From Coriobacteriia bacterium (GTDB lineage Bacteria > Actinomycetota > Coriobacteriia > Anaerosomatales > JAENZW01): 41,864 nt of DNA. The stretch spans positions 1 through 41,864 of the forward strand of contig JAOUET010000001.1 of NCBI GenBank assembly GCA_029858605.1. The letters are read 5' to 3'. Under the pieces are notes generated by a model, which saw only the letters and a program-made list of their open reading frames with translations, ran no database searches and had not been told where the DNA came from. Below are positions 34,829 through 41,864 of the stretch, piece by piece. The translations under genes were made by a program, and so were the position numbers. How positions within the stretch are numbered: position 1 is the stretch's first letter; every line of letters starts with the position of its first letter.

Positions 34829-36064
34829 CTACTTCAAGTACTTCATTGGGTCGACCGGCGTACCGTTTGTGCGAACTTCGAAGTGCAAGTGCGGTCCGGT
34901 CGAGTACCCGGTGGAACCGACGGTGCCCACACGTTCGCCCTTCGAGACCCCCTGGCCGTTCGCGACCTTTATCCCTCCGGACTGCTGATGGGCGTAGAGC
35001 GTGACCACACCCTCGCCGTGGTCGACCATGACCGTGTTCCCGTAGCCGCTGCGGTATCCGGCGTAGATGACGGTACCGTCGCCTGCAGCCACGATCGAGG
35101 CGCCGTTTATCGACTGCTCCGGGTCGAGGTTGCGGCCGATGTCTATTCCCGTGTGGAGCTTCTTCGTGCCGAAGATCGGATGAATGCGCCAGCCGAATGA
35201 TGACGTGACTCGGTAGAAGCCAGGCGTCGGCCACTCCATGATGCCGTTGAACTGCCCCGACCCGTTGGAGGACTGTTTCTGCAGTTCTTCCTCGATGCGA
35301 CGCGACTCCTCTTCCTCCTGCGCAGCGATGGCTCGGAGCCGCTCGGCGTTGCGCTCGGTCTGCTCCATGAGCGAGGCCTTCTGGTTCTGAACGCTGACCT
35401 GTGCATCCATCGCACCCTGTCGTTCGGCCTGCATGTCGAGGAGCTGCTTCTCGAGAGCCTCGGCCTCCGCACGCTTGATAGAGACGGCTTCGAGGCTGCG
35501 ATCGAGCTCGACTCTCGCGGCTTCCAGGTCCGTCTTGGTGTCGGCGAGGTTGTTGGCGATGTCCTGATTGGACTTGATGACGCGTTGCACGAGCGTGGTC
35601 CGCGTGATGAAGTCGCTGAAGTCCTTCGCGCTCAGAAGCAGGTCGAGGTAGTACAGGGACCCCTGCTTGTACGAGACGGTCATCCTGTCGTTGAGCAGAC
35701 TACTCTGACGCTCGTACTCCGCTGTCGTCTCGGCGATCTGCTCTTCCTTCCCCGCTATCTCGCCGCGGAGTCGATTCACTTCGGAACGAAGCCTGCGAGT
35801 GCGAGCCGAGGCTTCTTCGATCTGCGGGTTGAGTTCTAGCACGTTGGATTCAAGATCCGCGATCTGCTTGTCTAGCGCCTCGGTCTCCTTGCGGAGCTGC
35901 TCGGCGAGCTTGTCCGCCTTCTCCGCGGCTTCACGCGCCTGGTCGGCACGTTCGCGGGACTCCTGGAGGTCCTTCTGGGTTACGGCGATAGATGCCGCTG
36001 CGCCTGCAAAGAGAAGGAGGGCGACGGCAAGGAGGAGTGTTGCGTATGCGCGACTACGTTTCAC
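34829..36064 (-). CDS. M23-family peptidoglycan endopeptidase with N-terminal coiled coil (EnvC-like architecture)
   Basis: Signal/TM anchor and a ~250-aa heptad-rich region. The M23 domain follows: HTGIDI, GYGNTVMVDHG, STGPHLHFEV. Confidence 0.88.
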   Translation of the reverse strand: MKRSRAYATLLLAVALLLFAGAAASIAVTQKDLQESRERADQAREAAEKADKLAEQLRKETEALDKQIADLESNVLELNPQIEEASARTRRLRSEVNRLRGEIAGKEEQIAETTAEYERQSSLLNDRMTVSYKQGSLYYLDLLLSAKDFSDFITRTTLVQRVIKSNQDIANNLADTKTDLEAARVELDRSLEAVSIKRAEAEALEKQLLDMQAERQGAMDAQVSVQNQKASLMEQTERNAERLRAIAAQEEEESRRIEEELQKQSSNGSGQFNGIMEWPTPGFYRVTSSFGWRIHPIFGTKKLHTGIDIGRNLDPEQSINGASIVAAGDGTVIYAGYRSGYGNTVMVDHGEGVVTLYAHQQSGGIKVANGQGVSKGERVGTVGSTGYSTGPHLHFEVRTNGTPVDPMKYLK

Positions 36065-36196
36065 TCTGCGATTCCTCCGGTGAAGGTTGGGTGAACCCCG
36101 GAAGGCGCACTACGACAGGACAATCCTACCAACAGTCTCGGCAAGGTTCAACGTGAGCTGGAGGGTCTGGTGACGGGCGGCTTGACCACCCAGGGG

Positions 36197-37297
36197 TCAT
36201 CGTTCGTCGAGCACGATGCGCCACTGAGCGTCCCCGGGCCCTTCTAGCACGCGTATCTCGCCCGAATCGTCCACGAGCACGAGACCGAGTTCGTGCTGAC
36301 GAGCGTAGTCTTCGGCCCGTGCCTGACCCAGGACGAACAGAGCGGTGGACAGTATGTCGGAATCGAGTCCGTCGGCCGCCCCCACAACAGAGAGTGAGCG
36401 TATGCCTGGAGCCGGGAGACCCGTCTCCGGGTCGAGAATGTGATGGTACCTGACGCCCTCCCGCTCGAAGTACTGCTGGTAGTCACCGGACGTCGAGACG
36501 GTAACCTCGCCGCGGACCTCGACGACTGCTATCACGGCTTCGGTGTCTCTTGGATCCTCGATTCCGATGCGCCATGGAGTCTTGTCCGGTTTGTCTCCGA
36601 ACGCAACGGTGGTACTGCCTGATGTGAGCAGGGCGGCATCGACATCGCCGCTCGCCTTGAGGACGTCTGCGGCGTGGTCGAGACCCAGGCCCTTTGCGGC
36701 CCCGCTCAGGTCCAGCCCTGGGGGAGGAGAGAGGAACGTCGCAGACTTCTCGGGTCGCGAGAACCTGGCCTCGACACCGGCTGTCGTCTCGCGCATCGAG
36801 AGCATCCGTGTTGTGCGCAGCGCAGAGTCGATCTCGTCCTCGGAGGGCACGCGGCCCGTACCGCCGAAGTCGTAGAGAGCTATCACGTTCAGGAGGGTCG
36901 GGGAGAACGATTCTGTTACCCCGAGCGTCACCAACCGATCCAAGATCGTGATCGCATCCGCGGCTAGCGGCTGCCAGGAATAGGGGTCGCGGTTGAACTG
37001 GGCGATGGTGACCGGCGTGCCTGTGGCTGCTGAGCTGCGCCCGGTGTCCGCGTCGTCCGTGACGTATGCGGAGAGCGCCGTCTCGACCTCGTCCATTGCC
37101 GCGAAGGCGTCCCCTACCGCGGCCTCGACCGCGTCGCCGTCACTGCCGTATGCGGTGACGGTCACGATGGTGCCAAGGGCCTCACGCGACACGATGACCG
37201 GCTCGTAGCGCTCGGCACAGCCGGTGCTCGCGAGCAGCGCGAATCCGCTCGTCACGATGACGAGAGCGGACAGGACTGTCGGGCGCACGAACCTCAT
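36197..37297 (-). CDS. apbE: FAD:protein FMN transferase (ApbE family) lipoprotein
   Basis: Lipobox LLASTGC and the ApbE signature around YHHILDPETGLP. Confidence 0.85.
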   Translation of the reverse strand: MRFVRPTVLSALVIVTSGFALLASTGCAERYEPVIVSREALGTIVTVTAYGSDGDAVEAAVGDAFAAMDEVETALSAYVTDDADTGRSSAATGTPVTIAQFNRDPYSWQPLAADAITILDRLVTLGVTESFSPTLLNVIALYDFGGTGRVPSEDEIDSALRTTRMLSMRETTAGVEARFSRPEKSATFLSPPPGLDLSGAAKGLGLDHAADVLKASGDVDAALLTSGSTTVAFGDKPDKTPWRIGIEDPRDTEAVIAVVEVRGEVTVSTSGDYQQYFEREGVRYHHILDPETGLPAPGIRSLSVVGAADGLDSDILSTALFVLGQARAEDYARQHELGLVLVDDSGEIRVLEGPGDAQWRIVLDER

Positions 37298-37451
37298 TTC
37301 CGTCTTCCCTGTTCGTGGGGTCTCGGCTAGCTCGGGCCAGCTGCAAGCTTCGCATTCGGGCTTCGGCTAGTATACTTCTGCGATACGCGGCACGTTGAGG
37401 CACGCGATGACGTGTCAGGGGGGCAACGAGGCGCACGACCCAGGAGGCATC

Positions 37452-38291
37452 GTGTTCCGCATCGTTCACAAGCGACAGTTGTCCGACGTAGTCTTCGAGA
37501 TGGGAGTCGAGGCGCCCAGGGTTGCGCGCAAGGTGCGCGCCGGGCAGTTCCTCATTCTAAGAGTCGATAGGGACGGTGAACGCATCCCGCTGACGTTCTC
37601 GGACTGGTCTGCCGAAGAAGGCTGGGTGCGCTTCATCTTCATGCGCGTTGGCAAGACCACTCACGCGTTGTCGCACTGCGAGATCGGCGATGAGCTGACC
37701 GACCTCGTCGGACCGCTCGGGACACCCACACATGTGGGCGATCTCGGCCGCGTGGCAGTAGTGGGCGGAGGCGTCGGCGCGGCAGTAGCCTATCCTGTCG
37801 CCCGGGCGATGCTTGAAGCTGGCGACGACGTATCTGTCATTCTGGGCGCGAGGACTGCCGATCTGCTGGTTCTGGAGGACGAATTCCGCGCGATAGAGCC
37901 GACGAGACTCGTCGTCACGACCGACGATGGTTCGGCGGGAGTCAAGGCGCTGGTCACGACACCTCTCAAGGAGCTATGCGAAGCTGGCGAGATCGATCTG
38001 GCGTTCGCGGTCGGACCGGCCATCATGATGAAATTCTGTGCGGCCACAACCAAGGAATGCGGTGTTCCCTGCATCGTTTCGCTCAACCCCATCATGGTCG
38101 ACGGCACGGGCATGTGTGGCGCTTGCCGAGTGAGTGTGGGCGGAGAGACCCGCTTCGGGTGCGTGGACGGGCCCGACTTCGACGGACACCTCGTGGACTT
38201 CGAGGAGCTGATGAGCCGTCAGCGCGTCTACGTCGAGGAGGAGCGCCTGTCCGATTCCGAATACTCTAAGGAGTGCTCATGTCGGCTGTAG
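37452..38291 (+). CDS. nfnA: ferredoxin-NADP+ oxidoreductase small subunit (NfnA / SudB / PyrK-like; FAD + [2Fe-2S])
   Basis: AGGAGG lies 4 nt upstream of GTG 37452. RIPLTFSDW (FAD-binding barrel), VVGGGVGAAVAYPVA, and C-terminal GMCGACRV....FGCVDGP cluster ligands. Confidence 0.8.
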   Translation: MFRIVHKRQLSDVVFEMGVEAPRVARKVRAGQFLILRVDRDGERIPLTFSDWSAEEGWVRFIFMRVGKTTHALSHCEIGDELTDLVGPLGTPTHVGDLGRVAVVGGGVGAAVAYPVARAMLEAGDDVSVILGARTADLLVLEDEFRAIEPTRLVVTTDDGSAGVKALVTTPLKELCEAGEIDLAFAVGPAIMMKFCAATTKECGVPCIVSLNPIMVDGTGMCGACRVSVGGETRFGCVDGPDFDGHLVDFEELMSRQRVYVEEERLSDSEYSKECSCRL

Positions 38292-39745
38292 ACGATAGCG
38301 GCAACGTTGCGACCCCGAAGCCGTCCGCCGAGAAGCCGAGACACAAGCCTTCTCGTGAGCCGCGTACACCCATGCGCGAGCGGGCTGCAGTCGAGCGGGC
38401 GGCCGATTTCGACGAGGTCGCTCTCGGCTACACGGAGGAGCTAGCGGTAGCGGAGGCGGCGCGCTGTCTTCAATGCAAGAACCCGACCTGCATCGAAGGC
38501 TGTCCGGTGCAGATCGACATCAAAGCCTTCATCGGACACATCATCGATGGCGAGTACAGGGAAGGCGTTGCCGTCCTCAAGGAACGCAACGCCTTGCCGG
38601 CTGTGTGCGGTCGAGTCTGCCCGCAGGAGGAGCAGTGCGAGGCGGTGTGCGTGCTCGCGCGCAAGGCAGAGCCAGTGGCCATCGGTCGCCTCGAGCGGTG
38701 GCTGGGAGACTACGATCTCGCATGCGAACTGGAGCATCGCTGCGTGCCCGAAGTAGGCGAGCCCACGGGATTTCGCTGCGCGATCATCGGCTCGGGCCCT
38801 GCGGGACTCGCCTGTGCGGGCGAGCTTGCACGCCTGGGACACGACGTGACCATCTTCGAGTCGCTGCACGCACCGGGCGGCGTTCTGACCTACGGGATTC
38901 CGGAGTTTCGCTTGCCGAAGGCGATCGTCGATTCAGAGATCGACATGCTGGTGCAGATGGGCGTGAAGATCGAGTGCGACACGGTGGTTGGTGCGACGCT
39001 CACTCTCGACGAGATACTGAACGTGGAAGGTTTCGACTCCGTCTTCATTGGGAGCGGTGCCGGATTGCCAGTGTTTCTCGGCGTTCCGGGCGAGAATCTG
39101 AACGGCGTCTATTCGGCCAACGAATTCCTGACGCGAGTGAACCTGATGCGCGCATACGAGTTCCCGAGGGCCGACACACCGGTGTGGCGAGGGCGGAGAG
39201 TCGCCGTCATAGGCGGCGGCAACGTCGCGATGGACTCGGCTCGAACGGCTTTGAGACTCGGTGCCGATGAAGTCTTCCTCGCCTACCGGCGAACCGAGCA
39301 GGAGATGCCCGCCCGTCGCGAGGAGGTCCACCACGCGAGTGAGGAGGGCGTGCAGTTCAAGATGCTCTGCTCGCCCGTAGAGATCCTCGGGCGAGACGGC
39401 TTCGTCACCGGACTGGTGGCAACGAGAATGGAACTTGGCGAGCCGGACGAAAGCGGGCGTCGCGCTCCCGTGTGCGTGATGGGCTCCGAGTTCGAGATCG
39501 AGTGCGACACCGTCGTCGTGGCCGTCGGGACGCGCGCGAACCCCCTGCTCATGAAAGCCGCACCCGATCTCGAGCTGACCGGCAGGGGATACGTGGCGGC
39601 CGACGAGCATGGGGCGACCAGCGTGCCGGGAGTCTTCGCCGGGGGCGACATCGTCACGGGAGCGGCGACCGTGATTCTTGCCATGGGGGCCGGGAAGCGC
39701 TCGGCGCGCGCCATGGATGGATGGCTCCAGAACCCGGACCGCTAG
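38279..39745 (+). CDS. nfnB: NADPH-dependent glutamate synthase small-chain homologue (NfnB / GltD-like; 2x[4Fe-4S] + FAD)
   Basis: CLQCKNPTCIEGCPV and CGRVCPQEEQCEAVC motifs, plus dinucleotide folds IIGSGPAGLACAGELARLGHDVTIFE and VIGGGNVAMD. Overlaps the nfnA end. AAGGAG Shine-Dalgarno sequence. Confidence 0.85.
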   Translation: MSAVDDSGNVATPKPSAEKPRHKPSREPRTPMRERAAVERAADFDEVALGYTEELAVAEAARCLQCKNPTCIEGCPVQIDIKAFIGHIIDGEYREGVAVLKERNALPAVCGRVCPQEEQCEAVCVLARKAEPVAIGRLERWLGDYDLACELEHRCVPEVGEPTGFRCAIIGSGPAGLACAGELARLGHDVTIFESLHAPGGVLTYGIPEFRLPKAIVDSEIDMLVQMGVKIECDTVVGATLTLDEILNVEGFDSVFIGSGAGLPVFLGVPGENLNGVYSANEFLTRVNLMRAYEFPRADTPVWRGRRVAVIGGGNVAMDSARTALRLGADEVFLAYRRTEQEMPARREEVHHASEEGVQFKMLCSPVEILGRDGFVTGLVATRMELGEPDESGRRAPVCVMGSEFEIECDTVVVAVGTRANPLLMKAAPDLELTGRGYVAADEHGATSVPGVFAGGDIVTGAATVILAMGAGKRSARAMDGWLQNPDR

Positions 39746-39860
39746 TCGGCACTTCTCCGCATATCAGCGGCGCTCGAGTGGGGTACAATCGGAACGAGGG
39801 TGCGATGAATGGTCGTACCCCGACCCCAAACGGCAGAGTCGGCGATGGTGAGGTGTTCGA

Positions 39861-40610
39861 GTGGGGGACGAACCGACGAGCGTGCTGGTCATCGACGACG
39901 ATCAGGCGATCGTCGATATGATTCGCATGGGTCTCGAGGCCGACGGCATGACCGTCTATGGTGCATGCGACGGTGCTGAAGGTATCGAAGTACTCAATCG
40001 CGAGCCCGTCGATTTGGTGATTCTCGACATCATGATGCCGCGCGTGGACGGCTGGATGGCTCTGATGGAGATTCGAAACAGCCCGACCACCGCGGACATC
40101 CCTGTGATAATGCTGACGGCCAAGACTCAGGATCTGGCGAAGATCCTGGCGTTCAAGCAAGGCGTGCAGCAGTACGTCACCAAGCCGTTCAACATCCTCG
40201 AGCTGTCCGCGCGCGTCGAGAGTCTGGTTAGCGGGCGCCGTCGGATGGCGGGCGGAGCGATGGGTTCCGAGGAGGGTGACTTTCGAAAGCTCGCCGTACG
40301 CAAAGGCGGACGCACTGTGCTGCTGTCTCTCGACGACGTCGTCTACATCTCGGCACGGAACAAGTCCACGTACGTTCATGCGTACGAGAACCAGTACCTC
40401 GTGGACATGACGCTGTCGGACCTGGAGGCCAAGCTTTCCAGAGAGTCTTTCGTGCGTGTGCACCGCAGCTACATCATCAACCTGAACAGGATCAAAGAGA
40501 TTCTTCGCGACGAGGGTGCCTACGTCGTCGTGATTGCGGATCGCGACGAAACGCACATTCCCGTGGCGCGACGGCAGATTCGCGTCTTCCGGGAGGCCGT
40601 GGGCATCTAG
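39861..40610 (+). CDS. LytTR/AlgR-family response regulator (REC + LytTR)
   Basis: VLVIDDD...DLVILDIMMP...MLTAK...KPF canonical receiver residues. The C-terminal LytTR domain is SFVRVHRSYIINLNRIKEI. Confidence 0.88.
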   Translation: MGDEPTSVLVIDDDQAIVDMIRMGLEADGMTVYGACDGAEGIEVLNREPVDLVILDIMMPRVDGWMALMEIRNSPTTADIPVIMLTAKTQDLAKILAFKQGVQQYVTKPFNILELSARVESLVSGRRRMAGGAMGSEEGDFRKLAVRKGGRTVLLSLDDVVYISARNKSTYVHAYENQYLVDMTLSDLEAKLSRESFVRVHRSYIINLNRIKEILRDEGAYVVVIADRDETHIPVARRQIRVFREAVGI

Positions 40611-40653
40611 GTCGCGTTGCCGTCCGGGTCGCTAGCTCGAATCGCGGTAGCCG

Positions 40654-41864
40654 TCAGTTCCTGAGGCTGCTCAAGGGTGCAGGAACGCGTCCCCCTCGGC
40701 GGACAAGCTTCGTGCCCGCCCACTCGCTGACGGACATCACCGGAGCCGAGCCGAACAAACCGCCGTACTCTACCATGTCGCCGACGCTCTTGCCGGGGAC
40801 TGGCATCAGACGCGCGGCCGTCGTCTTGTTGTTGATTACCCCTATCGCGCATGCATCGGAGATGATGGCGGCGATGGTCTCGACGGAGGTGTCGCCGGGA
40901 ATCGGGATCATGTCCAGGCCGACCGAGCACACGGCGGTCATCGCCTCGAGCTTCTCGAGCGTCAGGGCGCCGTCCTGAACCGCGCGCACCATGCCCGCGT
41001 CCTCCGAGACGGGGATGAAGGCACCCGAGAGCCCCCCTATGCTCGATGTGCCCATCGCGCCACCCTTCTTGACGGCGTCGTTGAGCATCGCCAGTGCGGT
41101 CGTGGTGCCGGGACCTCCGCAACGCTTCACGCCGATGGCCTCGATGATGTCGGCCACCGAGTCGCCTTGGGCAGGCGTCGGCGCCAGCGAGAGGTCCACG
41201 ATGCCCATCGAAACCCCGAGGCGCCGGGCTGCTTCCTGCGCGATCAGCTCCCCGACGCGCGTGATCTTGAACGCAGTGGACTTGATGGCCTCGGCCACCT
41301 CAGTCAGATCGGCGTCTTCAGCGAGTGACGACACGACGGCTCGCACCACGCCGGGGCCCGAGATTCCCACGTTCACCACGGCGTCGGCCTCGCCTGCGCC
41401 GTGTGCCGCACCGGCCATGAACGGGTTGTCCTCGACCATGTTGCAGAAGACCACGAGCTTGCCGCAGCCGAATCCGTCGGAATCCGCAGTGGCGACGGCG
41501 GTCTGCCGAATGACCTCGGCCATGCGCAGAACGGCGTTCATGTTGATGCCCGAACGCGTCGAGGCGACGTTGACCGAGGAGCAGACACGCTCGGTCTGCG
41601 AGAGTGCGGCCGGGATCGAGTCAATGAGGCGCCGGTCGCCCTCTCCCGTCCCCTTGTGGACGAGTGCCGAGAACCCTCCGATGAAGTCGACGCCCACGTC
41701 GCGGGCCGCCTCGTCGAGGGCCGTCGCCAGCGGTGTCAGGTCGTCCGCCTCGCAGGCGGCAGCGATCTGTGCAACGGGCGTAACGGCGATGCGCTTGTTC
41801 ACGATTGGAACGCCGTACTCGGATTGGATGGCTTCGCAGACCGGTACGAGACGCTCCGCTCCTC
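40654..41864 (-). CDS. UPF0210 / DUF711-family protein, 5' end beyond the window
   Basis: Collinear with UPF0210 proteins ([59 protein letters not shown] end). The reading frame stays open upstream of the first Met to the window edge (…[13 protein letters not shown]). Confidence 0.85.
   Translation of the reverse strand, partial: GAERLVPVCEAIQSEYGVPIVNKRIAVTPVAQIAAACEADDLTPLATALDEAARDVGVDFIGGFSALVHKGTGEGDRRLIDSIPAALSQTERVCSSVNVASTRSGINMNAVLRMAEVIRQTAVATADSDGFGCGKLVVFCNMVEDNPFMAGAAHGAGEADAVVNVGISGPGVVRAVVSSLAEDADLTEVAEAIKSTAFKITRVGELIAQEAARRLGVSMGIVDLSLAPTPAQGDSVADIIEAIGVKRCGGPGTTTALAMLNDAVKKGGAMGTSSIGGLSGAFIPVSEDAGMVRAVQDGALTLEKLEAMTAVCSVGLDMIPIPGDTSVETIAAIISDACAIGVINNKTTAARLMPVPGKSVGDMVEYGGLFGSAPVMSVSEWAGTKLVRRGGRVPAPLSSLRN

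Overview
GC-rich (about 60-65% G+C by eye, not computed) chromosomal segment of a Gram-positive-type bacterium. An anaerobic high-GC lineage such as Coriobacteriia or a relative is my guess only. Coding density is high and most genes are housekeeping.

Left to right:
- 3' part of rmlD, a GlsB/YeaQ membrane protein, a zinc-ribbon membrane protein and tRNA-Asp(GTC).
- A ~540-nt ORF-free leader, then a complete F1Fo ATP synthase operon: 4-TM protein, atpZ-like, a, c, b, b', a 719-aa alpha with a delta-like N-terminal extension, gamma, beta, epsilon.
- A small XRE regulator, a Rieske protein and tRNA-Phe(GAA).
- A less conserved block: LPXTG surface protein with a 27-nt tandem repeat, a membrane protein, a translationally coupled HEAT-repeat / HD-GYP pair, an ImmA/IrrE-like protein, a ROK kinase, a DUF362/4Fe-4S protein with a DnaA-lid-like N-terminus, and a Pro-rich membrane protein.
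- rsmI, then a Bacillus-like conserved cluster: abrB, metG, tatD, iron-sulfur flavoprotein, yabE-like, rsmA/ksgA, veg, ispE, an NTP-transferase, spoVG, tRNA-Gln(TTG), glmU, prs, rplY/ctc, pth.
- An M23 peptidase, ApbE, an NfnAB-like pair, an orphan LytTR response regulator and a 5'-truncated UPF0210 gene.

I found no rRNA, CRISPR array, integrase, transposase or recognisable defence system.

The most unusual observations:
1. The ATP synthase operon has no separate delta gene. Two delta-C-terminal-domain-like modules are fused to alpha, with further extensions on gamma and beta and a glycine-less c subunit.
2. A DnaA domain-IIIb (lid)-like module is fused to a DUF362 Fe-S protein.
3. The HD-GYP protein has its HD dyad changed to YD and is coupled to a HEAT-repeat paralogue sharing its N-terminal domain.
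4. The ImmA-like protein has HExxH changed to HLxxH.

All homology statements are by-eye motif and alignment recognition. No searches were run.
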